From contig CAVYBH010000008.1 in NCBI GenBank assembly GCA_963766715.1, forward strand, positions 608,001 to 672,000: a stretch of 64,000 bases of DNA, in the 5' to 3' direction. The DNA comes from an uncultured delta proteobacterium. Lineage in GTDB: Bacteria; Myxococcota; Myxococcia; Myxococcales; Anaeromyxobacteraceae. Each line of letters opens with the position of its first letter. Position 1 is the stretch's first letter. The notes beneath the pieces were generated by a model, which saw nothing but the letters and a program-made list of their open reading frames with translations, searched no databases and was not told where the DNA came from. Of this stretch, positions 11,281-23,591 are shown one piece after another. The position numbers and the translations under genes are program-made.

Positions 11281-13352
11281 ATGACGACCGAGACGGCGGA
11301 CGAACACCCGGAAACGACGATGGAACTCACCCGACGCGACATGCTGAAGATCACTGCCGCGACAGGGGTGGCCGTTGCCGTTGCCGGGGTCGCCCAGCCG
11401 GCGGCCGCCGCCACGACCGCAGGGACGTGCAGCGGCCTGGACGCCCTCGAGGCCTTCCCCACGAGCCCGCTCATCCTCAATCCGTTCACCGACCCGCTGC
11501 CCGTGCCCAGGGCGCTCGCGCCGGTCGATCCGGCCGCGGTCTCGACCTGGACCAACAAGCCCAGCGGCGCGCCGGGCTGCCAGGACTGCGACGGCGGCTC
11601 CCACCAGCTGTGGCCGGGCCAGGCCGGAACGGTCTGCGCGAAGATGCCGCAGCCGAAGGTCTACCAGATCAAGCTGCAGGTCGCCGGCCACAGCTTCTCG
11701 TCGTCGCCGGTGCGGACGCTCGTGCCCTACACCAACCCGAACGGCGTCCGCGTGCCGGCCGGCACCGTGGTGCCGAAGCTGCCCGAGAGCACCATCTACG
11801 GGTTCAACGGCCAGTTCCCCGGGCCCCATGATCAACGCCGAGTACGGCAAGCCCAACTGCGTCCGGTTCGAGAACCACCTCGACGAGAACCCGCTGAACC
11901 TCGACCGCGGCGACTTCGGCGATCCCAACCTGGGCTTCCTCACCCACCTGCACAACGCGCACACCGCGTCGGAGAGCGACGGCAACCCGCACCACAAGGA
12001 GGAGGCGTACGGCCCGGGCGGCTGGGTCGACAACCTCTACCTGAACTATCCGGCGGGGGGCGACGAGGCGGAGAAGCAGTCCTTCTTCTGGTACCACGAC
12101 CACCGCGAGGGGCACACCGGCGCCAACGTCTACAAGGGAATGGCCGGCCTCTACCCGATCTACGACCCGGTCCTCGACGCGGGCGACGAGACGAAGGGGC
12201 TGCGCCTTCCCGGCGTCCGCACCGACCACGGCGACGGCTCGTTCGACGTCGACTACGACATTCCCATCGTCCTCGGCGACGTCGCCCTCGACGACGGCGC
12301 CACCCCGCACCAGGACTTCCACAACGGCTGCGGCGAGGTCCACCCCGAGCAGTGGGGCAAGACCTTCTTCCGCCACTTCCCCAACCACGGGTTCGTGGGC
12401 GACGTCTTCTGGGTGAACGGAAAGGCCTACCCCGTCCTCGAGGTGAAGCGGCGCAAGTACCGCTTCCGCTTCCTCACGGCGGCCATCGCCCGCCAGTTCG
12501 AGCTCCAGTTCATGAAGTCGGCCGGCGGCCCGAAGTCGGCGGTGTCGCTCGGCTACTCCGGCACCGAGCTCCAGGGGCAGTGGCGGATCCAGGACGGCGT
12601 CAAGTGCCTGAACTTCGTCCAGATCGCCTCGGGGGGCGGGCTCCTGCCGAACCCCATCGTCCGCGACACCATCGAGAACTGGCCGGCCATGCGCCACGAG
12701 GTCATCGTCGACTTCACGAAGTACCTGGACGGCAACAAGACGAAGAAGGGCGACGTCATCTACCTGACCAACGTCTGCAAGATGCCGGACGGGCGCCAGG
12801 CCACCAAGAACTCCCGCATCGGCCTCGACTCCAAGTACAAGATCCCGCTCCTCAAGATCGTGATCGGCGACGACGCGCCGGACAACAGCGTCATGCCCAC
12901 GGCGAAGACGCGTGCTCCGCAAGCAGCCGGTCATCCCGGCCGACCTGTCCAAGCTCCCGACCCGGACCTTCGAGCTGCAGCGCGGCGGGTTCGGCGGCGA
13001 GACGCAGTGGCTCATCAACGGCCACCCGTTCGACGCGACCGTGCCGCTCGCCGTGGTGAAGCAGGGGCAGCCCGAGGTCTGGATCATCAAGAACGGCGGC
13101 GGTGGCTGGAGCCACCCGATGCACCTCCACATGGAGGAGCACCACGTGGTCACCCGGAACGGGAAGACCGCGACGTCGGTGAAGGGGCACGAGGACGACA
13201 CCGGCAAGGACGACGTCCTCGCGCTCGATCCGAGCGAGACCATCGTGGTGTACCGGAACTTCCGGACCTTCGCGGGACACTACGTCGCCCACTGCCACAA
13301 CCTCGCTCACGAGGACCACGCCATGATGTTCGGCTGGACCATCGAGAAGTAG
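11281..13352 (+). CDS. Tat-exported multicopper oxidase (copy 2), two frameshifts (about 11822 and 12911); alternative start 11320
   Basis: TRRDMLK; THLHNAH, WYHDH, HPMHLH, HCHNLAHEDHAMM. Confidence 0.93.
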
Positions 13353-13365
13353 GACGGACGATGCC

Positions 13366-14850
13366 ATGACCCGCGCACGATTCCTGTTCCTCGCGTTGGT
13401 CCTGGCGGCCGGAGGCTTCCTGGCCGGACGCTGGTCCGGAGGCGCCCCGGCGGCGGGGGCCTCCGCCAGCGCCCGAAAGATCCTCCACTACGTCGACCCC
13501 ATGCACCCGGCGTACAAGTCGGACAAGCCGGGCATCGCGCCCGACTGCGGCATGCAGCTCGAGCCGGTCTACGCCGACGGCGGCCCGGCGCAGGGCACGG
13601 GCGGCCCTCCCCGGCCGGCCGGCACGGTCACCCTGGACGCCGGGCTCCGGCAGCTGCAGGGCGTCCGGCTCGGCACGGTGGAGCGCGCCCCCAGCACCCA
13701 GGCCGTCCGGCTCTTCGGCCGGGTGGTCCCCGACGAGACGCGGGTCTACACGCTCAACGCCGCCATGGAGGGGAGCATCCGGGAGCTCTCGCCCGTGACG
13801 AGCGGCGCCTTCGTCCGCAAGAACCAGTGGCTCGGCGCCTTCTTCTCCGCCGAGACGCGCTCCGCGCTCCAGGCCTACATCACCGCGCTCGACGTGCAGG
13901 ACCTCGATCCCCGCAAGCGCGCCGACGCCGGCATGCAGGTGGCGGCGGGCACCACGCCGAGCCGGAGCGCGCAGTTCACGGTGGAGCGCCTTCGCGGCAT
14001 GGGGATGTCCGACCGGCAGATCGAGGACCTCCGGAAGAACCGGTCCATCCCGCTCACCATCGACATCGTCTCGCCCGTGGACGGCGTGGTGCTCACCCGG
14101 AACGTCACCCTGGGGCAGAAGTTCGACAAGGGCGCCGAGTGGTTCCGCGTCGCCAACCTCGACAAGGTGTGGATCCTCGCCGACCTGCAGGAGGCCGACG
14201 TGGCGCTGGCCCGGCCGGGCGCGAAGGTGCAGGTCACCGTCCCCGGTCGCGCGGCCCCGTTCGCCGGGGTGGTGAGCCAGGTCCCGCCCCAGTTCGACAT
14301 GGCCTCGCGGACGATGAAGCTCCGGATCGAGGTGGACAACCCCGGCGCCACGCTGCGGCCGGACATGTTCGTGGACGTGGGGCTCTCCGTGGAGCGGCCC
14401 GCCGCCACGACCATCCCCTCGAGCGCGCTCGTCGACTCCGGCCTCCGCAAGACCGTCTTCGTGGAGCGAGGCGAGGGGATCTTCGAGCCTCGGTCGGTCG
14501 AGACCGGATGGCGCGCCGGCGACCGGGTCGAGGTGGTGAGCGGCCTCGAGCCCGGGGATCGCATCGTGGTCTCCGGCACCTTCCTGGTCGACTCGGAGAG
14601 CCAGCTCAAGGCGGCGGCCGCGGGGGTCTACGGGGCCGCCAGCAAGGACCCGGTCTGCGGCATGGAGGTCGACGAGGCGCGCGCCCGCGCGGCCGGCAAG
14701 GTCGCCGAGCACCACGGCAAGCACCTCTACTTCTGCTCCGACACCTGCAAGAGCACGTTCCTGGCCTCGCCCGATCGCTTCGCCGGATCGGCGGCCGGGG
14801 ACGGGAAGCCCGGCGATTCCCTCCACGCCAGCGTCGAGGTCGTCCGGTGA
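13366..14850 (+). CDS. cusB: CusB-like RND periplasmic adaptor with an N-terminal heavy-metal-binding domain and a C-terminal YHS domain
   Basis: YVDPMHP..KPGIAPDCGMQL; LRPDMFV; GTFLVDSESQL; KDPVCGM..YFCSDTCK. Confidence 0.85.
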   Translation: MTRARFLFLALVLAAGGFLAGRWSGGAPAAGASASARKILHYVDPMHPAYKSDKPGIAPDCGMQLEPVYADGGPAQGTGGPPRPAGTVTLDAGLRQLQGVRLGTVERAPSTQAVRLFGRVVPDETRVYTLNAAMEGSIRELSPVTSGAFVRKNQWLGAFFSAETRSALQAYITALDVQDLDPRKRADAGMQVAAGTTPSRSAQFTVERLRGMGMSDRQIEDLRKNRSIPLTIDIVSPVDGVVLTRNVTLGQKFDKGAEWFRVANLDKVWILADLQEADVALARPGAKVQVTVPGRAAPFAGVVSQVPPQFDMASRTMKLRIEVDNPGATLRPDMFVDVGLSVERPAATTIPSSALVDSGLRKTVFVERGEGIFEPRSVETGWRAGDRVEVVSGLEPGDRIVVSGTFLVDSESQLKAAAAGVYGAASKDPVCGMEVDEARARAAGKVAEHHGKHLYFCSDTCKSTFLASPDRFAGSAAGDGKPGDSLHASVEVVR

Positions 14851-17800
14851 TCGACCGCCTCATCGACTTCTCGGTGAGGAACCGCTTCCTCGTCTTCACC
14901 CTGGTGGCCGCCGGGTGCGTGGCGGGCTGGTGGTCGATGCAGCGGGTGGCGCTCGACGCCATCCCCGACCTCAGCGACACCCAGGTCATCATCTACTCGA
15001 AGTGGGATCGGAGCCCGGACCTCGTCGAGGACCAGGTCACCTACCCCATCGTCACCGCCATGCTGGGCGCGCCCCAGGTGAAGGCGGTGCGCGGCTTCTC
15101 CGACTTCGGCTACTCGTACGTCTACGCCGTCTTCGAGGACGGCACCGACCTCTACTGGGCGCGCTCGCGGACGCTCGAGTACCTCTCCTCGGTCCTCCCC
15201 ACCCTCCCCCAGGGCGTGAAGACCGAGATCGGTCCGGACGCCACCGCGCTGGGCTGGGTCTTCCAGTACGTGCTCGAGGACACGAGCGGCAAGCAGAGCC
15301 TGGCCGACCTGCGCTCGCTCCAGGACTGGTACCTGCGCTTCCACCTGAAGTCGGTGCCGGGCGTGGCCGAGGTGGCGCCGCTGGGCGGCTTCGGCCAGCA
15401 GTACCAGGTCAACCTCGACCCCAACCGGCTCCGGGCCCATCGCATCCCCATCGGCCGGGTCGTCGAGGCGGTGCGCGGGGGCAACGGGGACGTGGGCGGA
15501 CGGCTCCTCGAGATCGCCGGCGCCGAGTACATGGTGCGCGGCCGCGGATACGCGAAGTCGGTGAAGGACTTCGAGGACCTGGTCCTCTCCGTGAGCGAGA
15601 AGGGCAGCCCCATCCGCATCAAGGACGTGGGGCAGGTGGTGGTGGGGCCCGACATGCGCCGCGGCGTGGCCGACGTCGACGGCACCGGCGACGCCGTCTC
15701 CGGCATCGTGGTGATGCGCCAGGGGCAGAACGCCCTCGAGGTGATCGATCGGGTCAAGGCCAAGCTCGCGCAGATCGCGCCCGGCCTGCCTCCCGGCGTG
15801 AAGGTGGTGCCGATCTACGATCGCTCCGAGCTCATCCACCGGGCCATCGCCAACCTCCGCACCACGCTGCTCGAGGTGCTGATCACCGTCTCGCTCGTCA
15901 TCCTCCTCTTCCTGTGGCACCCGCCCAGCGCGGTGATCCCGCTCGTCACCATCCCGGTGGCGATCCTGCTGGCCTTCATCCCCTTCCGCATGATGGGCGT
16001 GACCGCCAACATCATGTCGCTGGGCGGCATCGCCATCGCCATCGGCGCGCTGGTGGACGCGGCCATCGTCGTCGTGGAGCAGACCCACAAGAAGCTGGAG
16101 GAGTGGGAGAGGAACGGGCGCAAGGGGTCGTACCAGGACGTCGTCGTGGCGGCGGTGAAGCAGGTGGGCTCGACCAGCTTCTTCGCGCTGCTGGTCATCG
16201 GGGTCTCCTTCCTGCCCGTGCTCACGCTCGAGGCCCAGGAGGGACGCCTCTTCAAGCCGCTCGCCTACACGAAGACGCTGGCGATGGTCATCGCGGCCTT
16301 CCTGGCGGTCACGCTCGATCCGGCGCTGCGCATCACGCTCACCCACCTGGGGAACTTCCGCTTCCGGCCGGCCTGGCTCTCCCGGACCGCCAACGCCGTG
16401 CTGGTGGGGAAGATCCACCCCGAGGAGAACCACCCGGTCAGCCGCGCGCTCATGCGGATCTACGAGCCGGTGGTGACCTGGGCGCTGCGGCACGGCTGGG
16501 TGGTGGTGGGCGGCGCGCTGGCGCTGATCCTCGCCACCGTTCCGATCTTCCGGCAGCTCGGCTCCGAGTTCATGCCGCCCCTCGACGAGGGGGCGCTCCT
16601 CTACATGCCCAGCACCATGCCGGGCATCTCCATCGCCGAGGCCCAGCGCCTGCTCCAGGTCAGCGACGGCATCCTGAAGAGGTTCCCCGAGGTGGACCGC
16701 GTGCTGGGCAAGGCGGGGCGGGCGGAGACCTCCACGGACCCGGCTCCCCTCTCGATGCTGGAGACGGTGATCACGCTCAAGCCGGTGTCGCAGTGGCGCA
16801 AGGTCGACAACTGGTGGACCGGCTGGGCGCCCGAGGCGCTGCGCCCGCTGCTCCGCCGCGTCAGCCCCGACCACATCTCGTCCGAGCAGCTCGTCACCGA
16901 GATGAACGAGGCCGTGAAGCTCATCGGCGTCTCGAACGCCTGGACCATGCCCATCAAGGGGCGCATCGAGATGCTCTCCACCGGGATGCGCACGCCGGTG
17001 GGGCTCAAGATCTCCGGGCCGAGCCTGGATCAGATCGAGGCGCTGGGCACGCAGGTCGAGGCGCTCTTGCCCTCGGTGAAGGGAACCCGCAGCGTCTTCG
17101 CGGAGCGGGCCGGGCGCGGGTTCTTCCTGGACGTCGAGTGGAACCGCGACGCGCTGGCCCGCAACGGGCTCGGGGTCGACGAGGCCCAGATGGTCCTCCA
17201 GTCGGCCATCGGCGGCGAGAACGTCGGCACGGCCTTCGATGGACGCGCGCGCTACCCGGTCAACGTGCGCTACCAGCGCGACTTCCGCAGCGACCTCGAC
17301 GCGCTGGGGCGGGTGCTCGTCCCGGTGGCCGGCGGGGAGCGCCACGTCGCGCTGTCCGAGCTCGCCACCCTCCGCACGGTCTCCGGGCCCTCGATGATCC
17401 GCAACGAGGACGGCCTCCTCACCGGGTACGTGTTCGTCGACCTGGCCGGACGCGACCCGGCCGGCTACGTCGAGGAGGCCGGCGCCCTCCTGCGGGATCG
17501 GCTGCAGCTCCCCGCCGGCTACGCGGTGGCGTGGAGCGGGCAGTACGAGGCGCAGGTGCGGGTGGCCGAGCGCCTCCGCACGGTGGTCCCGCTCACCCTG
17601 CTGCTCATCCTCCTGCTCCTCTACCTGAGCACGAAGTCGATCGTGAAGACCGCCATCGTCGCGCTGGCCGTGCCCTTCTCGGCCATCGGGGCCGTGTGGT
17701 TCCTCTGGCTGCTCGGCTACAACATGAGCGTCGCGGTCTGGGTCGGGCTCATCGCGCTCCTGGGCCTCGACGCCGAGACCGGCGTCTTCATGCTCCTGTA

Positions 17801-18160
17801 CCTCGACATCGCCTACGCGCAGGCGCGCAAGGAGAACCGCCTCCGCAGCCTGGCCGAGCTCGACCACGCGATCCTGGTCGGCGCCGCCAAGCGCCTCCGC
17901 CCCAAGTTCATGACCTTCGCCACCGCCTTCCTCGGCCTGGTCCCGATCATGTGGGCCACCGGCGCCGGCTCGGACGTGATGAAGCGGATCGCCGCTCCCA
18001 TGGTGGGCGGCCTCCTGACCTCCTTCCTGATGGAGCTGGTGGTCTACCCGGTGATCTACCGGGCCTGGCGGCGGTACGGAGACCTGAAGGGACGGCTGGA
18101 GAAGCGGCTCCGACCCAGGAGGTCGAGGTCGGGTCCGGCGCGAACCCCGAGACGGCGTGA
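14847..18160 (+). CDS. cusA: CusA-type Cu(I)/Ag(I) RND efflux transporter (frameshift near the C-terminus)
   Basis: GTG overlapping the cusB stop; LDAIPDLSDTQVII; NIMSLGGIAIAIG; Met-site motifs EFMPPLDEG, PLSMLET, RIEMLSTG; RLRPKFMT. Confidence 0.92.
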
Positions 18161-18175
18161 GAGAATGGCGCTCCG

Positions 18176-20466
18176 ATGCCGGGGCGCGCCCTCCTCGCCG
18201 GAGTCCTCCTCCTCGCCGCGGCCTTCGCCGCGACCTGGCTCGGCCTCCAGCCGCCCGACGTCCGCCCCGCCTCGGCGCCCGCGGGCGCCTTCTCGGGCGA
18301 GCGGGCGATGGCGCGCCTGCGCGAGGTCCTGGGCGCGGCCGGGGACGGCGTCCCGCACCCGGTGGGCTCGGAGGCGAACGCGCGCGTCCGCGAGCGGATC
18401 CTGGCGGAGCTGCGGGGGCTGGGCCTTTCACCCCAGGTGGACGAGAGCGTCACCTGCGGCCGCTACCTCGACTGCACGCCGGTGGCGAACGTCGTCGCGC
18501 GGGTTCCCGGGCGCGGCGGCGGGCCCCCGGTCCTCGTCGCCGTCCATTACGATTCCGTCCCCGCCGGTCCCGGGGCGGCCGACGACGGATCCGGGGTGGC
18601 CATCGTGCTCGAGCTGGCGCGGGCGCTGCGCGCGGAGCCCGCGGCCGCCGACGTGCTCCTGCTCGTCGACGACGCCGAGGAGTCCGGGCTGGGGGGCGCC
18701 GAGGCCTTCCTGTCGGGTCCCCGGGCGGGCGAGGTCGGCGCCATCGTCAACCTGGAGGCGCGAGGCACCGGCGGGCCCAGCCTGCTCTTCGAGACCGCCG
18801 GCTCCGGGGCGGAGGTGGCGCGCCGGTTCGCGGCGGGCGCGCGCCGGCCCGTGGGGAGCTCGCTCCTCTCCACCGTCTACGCGCTGCTCCCCAACGACAC
18901 CGACCTCACCGTCCTCCGCCGGCTGGGCGTCCCCGGGGCGAACCTGGCCTTCGTCGACGGCGCGACCCGCTACCACACGCCCCCGCGACGACCTCGCCCA
19001 TCTCGACCCTCGCACGGTGCAGCACCAGGGGGAGAACGCGCTGGCCCTCGTCCGCGGGCTCGCCGAGCCGCGGAGCGGGGCGGCCGAGGGGCAGGCGGTC
19101 TGGTTCGACCTGCTCGGCCTCGCCGTGGTCCGCTTTCCGGAACGGGCGGCGGTGCCGCTCGCGCTCCTCGCGCTCCTGCTGGCCGCCGCATCGGTCGGCC
19201 TCCGACGTCCGGCGGGGGCGCTCGAGCCGGGTCGGGTGGTGCTGGGTGCGGCCGCCGTCCCGGCCGGAGTGGTGGCGGCCGCGGCCATGGGCTTCGGCGC
19301 CGGGCAGGCGCTCTCGCTCGATCCCATCTTCCGCCCCTGGGTGGCGACCCCGGCGCCGCTCGTCGCCTCCTTCCTGCTCTCGGGGATCGCCGGCGCGGCG
19401 CTGGCCGCGCTCGCCGTCGCCGGCCGCGCGGGCCCTGCGGGGCTTCGCGGCGGGATCCGCCTCGGGTACGCCGTCCTCGCGGTGGCGCTCGCGGCCACCC
19501 TGCCCGGGACCTCCTACCTGCTCCTCCTGCCCGCGCTGGGTCGGCGGCCTGGCCGGGATCGTCCCCTCGTTCTCCCGGAGTGAACGGGGCCAGGCCGGAG
19601 CCGACCTGGCCACGATGCTCGCCGCGGGACTGGTCCTGCTCCCGCCGGCCTGGCTGCTCTACCCGGCGCTGGGCCACTCCGGCGGTCCCGCGGCCGCCGC
19701 GGCGGTCGCGCTCGTGGCGCTGCCGCTCGGACCGCTGCTGGCCGGCCTCCCCTTCCGGGCCCGGCTCCCGGCGGCGATCGCTCCGGCCCTGCTCGCCGCC
19801 GGAGCGCTGGCCGTGGCCCTCATCCTCCCCGTCGCCGACGTCGACACGCCCGAGCGCGTGATCCTCTACTTCCACCAGGATGCGGAGAGCGGCCGGGCGA
19901 GGGTGCTGGCCCACGCCGACCTCGGACGGCTCCCCGGACCGGTCCGCGACGCGGCGCCCTTCTCGGCGACGCCCCGGATCTCCTTCGGTTGGGGCGCGCT
20001 TCGCCCGTCCTTCGAGGCGGCGGTCGAGTCGCTTCCCGTTCCCGGTCCGGAGGTGGCGGTGCTCGAGACCTCGCGGGTCGCGGACGGCGTGCGCCTTCGC
20101 CTGCGGGCCCGGTCGCCGCGCGGCGCGCCGGAGATCCAGGTCGCCGTTCCACCCACGGTCAGGGTTCGCTCCTTCGCCTTCGACGGGATCCCCGTGCCCC
20201 CGCCGGTGCCGAAGCTGGCGCGCTGGTACGGGGGCTGGTGGGTCTACCGGCTTCCGGCCCGGCCCGGCGGCATCGAGGTCGCGATGGAGGCGACGACCCC
20301 GGGGGCGTTCGAGATCGTGGTGGCCGACCAGTCGCCCGGGCTTCCGCCCGCCGCGCAGTCCGTCGCCGACGCGCGCCCGCCCTGGGTGGTGACGCAGCAG
20401 GAGGGGGACGTGACCCTGTTCACGCGGACGGTGCGGGTGGAGGCGAAGCCGGGCGGGGCCGATTAG
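18176..20466 (+). CDS. Membrane-bound M28 family metallopeptidase, frameshifted
   Basis: HYDSV..GPGAADDGSG; DAEESGL.GA; VNLEARG; PNDTD; YHT; multi-TM middle region. Confidence 0.88.
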
Positions 20467-20476
20467 GGTCCTTCGC

Positions 20477-21883
20477 GTGCGTCGATTCTCCGCAGCCTTC
20501 GCCTGCGCCGCCGTCTGCGCGTGTGCCACCGTCCCTCCCGTGCCGCCCCGTCCGGACGCCGGCCCCGAGGTCTCGATCCGGATCGAGCGGGTGACGGGAG
20601 ACGACGCCTGGCGGGTCTCCTACCGGCTTCCCTCGCCCGTCGCCGAGATCCGGTTCGCCCGCGGCGGGTACGAGAACCGGGTCTCCCACTGGAGCGTCGC
20701 CACGCCGGGGCTCGTCCTCGTGCGGCAGGACGGGGAGGACCGGATCGTCTCGGCCGGCGCCCCGTTCCAGGAACTCGAGCTCCACATCGCCGGGTACGCC
20801 CGCAAGCCGGAGAAGGACTACCAGGTCTTCGTCCCGTTCACCGACGGTGACGTGCTCGTCTACACGGGCGTCTTCGACCTCCTCGCTCCCGAGGGCGGGC
20901 CGGCGTGGCGAAACGTCTACCGGCTCGTCCCGCGCCCGGGCGACGGAGTCGTGGTCGGCGGCCTCCGCCAGGCGGGCGAGGCCACCTGGGTCGCCACCGG
21001 TGACGGCACCTACGCCTGCTTCGGAAGCGCGGAGCCGGTCGAGACGCCTCTCGGGATCGCGGTCGTCGACCGGGGGATGCCGTCCTGGCTCCGGGAGCGG
21101 ACCCTGGCGCTCGCGCCGCGGGTCTTCGCGCTCTACGCGGACCGGACCGGGACCCGGCTGGCGGTGCGCCCCACCTTCTTCCTCTCCTACGGCGCGGATC
21201 CCGACCCGGGAACCCGCTCGTTCGGCGGGGGAACGCTGGACTCGGTCGTCCAGGTCGACGCGCGGCTCGGCGAGCGCTTCCGGGGCGAGGGCGATCCTGC
21301 GGTCTGGGAGTCGCAGGCCCGGCTTCTCGCCCACGAGGCGGCTCATCTCTGGCTGGACCATGCCTACGAGCCGGAGGAGGGCTCGAGCCGGTGGCTCGAC
21401 GAGGGAGGAGCCGACGCCTTCGCGCTTCGCGCCCTGCTCGAGCTCGGGGTGATCTCGAGGGAGCGCTTCTCGGCGATCCTCTCCGGCGACGCGACCGACT
21501 GCCTTCGCCGGCTGGAGCAGGGGCCGCTCGCCGACGCCGGGCGCACCGGGCGCTGGAAGGCGCTCTACCTCTGCGGAGAGCTGGCCTCCTTCCTGGCGGA
21601 GGCGGCGGGGTCCCGGCTGGCGCCCCCCCAGGACCTCCTCCAGTTCTGGGGCCAGGTGTTCCGGGGGACCTCTGGCCGGAAGTACGGCGAGAGGCTCTGG
21701 CTCACGACCCTCTCCTCGCTCCCCGCCGGGACGGAGCCTGCCGGGATCGTCCGGCGAATGGTGGACGGCCCCGACGCGGAGCTGGCGGCGGACGTCGCCG
21801 CGGCACTGCGCACGGCCGGGGTCCGCGCCATCGCGTTCGGAACGCCGCCTGCCCTCCGGATCGACTCGTGGCCGACCCGTTGA
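20477..21883 (+). CDS. Putative lipoprotein gluzincin (M1-like) metallopeptidase
   Basis: Lipobox-like VCAC; HEAAH-x18-E (LLAHEAAHLW..WLDEG). Confidence 0.65.
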   Translation: MRRFSAAFACAAVCACATVPPVPPRPDAGPEVSIRIERVTGDDAWRVSYRLPSPVAEIRFARGGYENRVSHWSVATPGLVLVRQDGEDRIVSAGAPFQELELHIAGYARKPEKDYQVFVPFTDGDVLVYTGVFDLLAPEGGPAWRNVYRLVPRPGDGVVVGGLRQAGEATWVATGDGTYACFGSAEPVETPLGIAVVDRGMPSWLRERTLALAPRVFALYADRTGTRLAVRPTFFLSYGADPDPGTRSFGGGTLDSVVQVDARLGERFRGEGDPAVWESQARLLAHEAAHLWLDHAYEPEEGSSRWLDEGGADAFALRALLELGVISRERFSAILSGDATDCLRRLEQGPLADAGRTGRWKALYLCGELASFLAEAAGSRLAPPQDLLQFWGQVFRGTSGRKYGERLWLTTLSSLPAGTEPAGIVRRMVDGPDAELAADVAAALRTAGVRAIAFGTPPALRIDSWPTR

Positions 21884-23591
21884 TCCACGCCGCGCTGGAC
21901 CTCGACTCGTCGGGCTGGGGGGCGCTCGCCTTCGGCCGGCCGGCGGAGGTGATCGAGGCGTGGACGCACGCGGAGGTGATCCCGGCGCTGCGGCGCGTGG
22001 AGGAGGCGGCGCGAGCCGGGCGCTGGGCGGTGGGCGCCGTCGCCTACGAGGCGGCGCCGGCGTTCGACCCTGCACTCCGGGTCGTTCCCGCGGATGGGCC
22101 GCTCCTCCGGTTCGGCCTGCACGACGCCCCGCTCGCCGATCCGCCCGTCCCGGATCCCGATGCCCGCCTCTCCGGCCTCGCCCCCGACGTGAGCCAGGCC
22201 CGCCACGCCGCGGCCGTGGCGGAGATCCGCGAGGCCATCGCGGCGGGTGGGGTGTACCAGGTGAACTTCACGCTCCGGCTGCGCGGGCGGCTCGAGGGCG
22301 ACCCGCTCTCGCTCTACCGGCGGCTCCGCCTGGCCCAGGGCGGCGGCGAGACGGCCTTCCTCCGGTTCGGCAGCCAGGCGGTCGTCTCGGCCTCGCCCGA
22401 GCTCTTCCTGCTCCGGAAGGGAAGCCGGGTCACGTCCCGGCCCATGAAGGGAACGGCGCGGCGGGGGCGCTGGGCCGCCGAGGACGAGGAGGCGGGCCGG
22501 CGGCTCGGGGCCTCGGAGAAGGACCGCGCCGAGAACGTGATGATCGCCGACCTCCTCCGCAACGACCTGGGCCGGGTCGCGGCGCTCGGCACCGTCCGCG
22601 CCGCTCCGCTCTTCGAGGTCGAGCGGTTTCGCACGGTGTGGCAGCTCACCTCCACCGTCTCGGGCCGCCTCCGTCCGGGGAACCGGGCTCGCCGAGCTCT
22701 TCGCGGCCACGTTTCCCTGCGGGTCGGTGACCGGCGCCCCGAAGGTGGCCGCCATGAAGCTCGTCGCCGCCCTGGAGCGGGCCCCGCGAGGCGCCTACTG
22801 CGGCGCGGTCGGCGCGGTGCGGCCCGGGGGAGATTGCTGCTTCAACGTCGCCATCCGCACCGTCGAGGTGGATTTCGAGAGCGGCGAGGCCGTCTACGGC
22901 ACCGGTGGCGGCATCACCTGGGACTCGGACCCCGCCGCGGAATGGGACGAGGCGCTGGCCAAGGCGCGCGTGCTCGACCTCGACCCCGGCGTGCCCACGC
23001 TGCTCGAGACCCTCCGGCTCGAGGGAGGGCGGGTGGCGCTCCTCGACGGGCACCTGGCCCGACTGGCCGGATCGGCCCGGTACCATGCCATCCCGCTCGA
23101 CCTCCCGGCGGCGCGAGCGCGCATCGAGCGGGAGGCGGGCGACGCGCGGCTCCGGCTGCTCCTCTCCCCGGACGGGCGGCTCGCGGTGGAGCGCAGCCCC
23201 CTCCCGGAGCCGATGGCGGGCCCGGCGCCCGTGGCGCTCTCCCGCGAGCCCGTGGATCGGAGCGACCCGGCGCTCTTCCACAAGACCACCCGGCGGGCCC
23301 CGCTACGAGCGGCGGCGGGGGGAGCGCCCCGACGCCTTCGACGTCCTGCTCGCCAATCGCGAGGGGGAGATCACCGAGGCCACCATCGCGAACGTGGTCG
23401 CCGAGGTGGACGGGGAGCGGGTCACGCCTCCGCTCGACGCCGGGCTCCTGCCCGGCGTGTTCCGCGGCCACCTTCTCGCCCGCGGCGAGGTCCGGGAGCG
23501 GCCGCTCCGGGTGGAGGACCTCCGGCGCGCACGGCGGATCTGGCTGGTGAACGCGCTGCGCGGCTGGGTCGAGGCGCGCCTCATCCCCTGA
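21880..23591 (+). CDS. pabB: Aminodeoxychorismate synthase component I fused to class IV aminotransferase/ADC lyase (PabB-PabC), frameshifted
   Basis: YQVNFT; SASPELF; PMKGT; EKDRAENVMIADLLRNDLG; TGAPK; FNVAIRT; HKTT; GLLPGVFR; NALRG. Confidence 0.88.

Noticed and set aside
13827..19583. 1918-aa ORF suggesting a giant CusA fusion
   Set aside because: Only 14847 to about 18085 is CusA. The flanks are off-frame readthrough caused by a frameshift near the CusA end.
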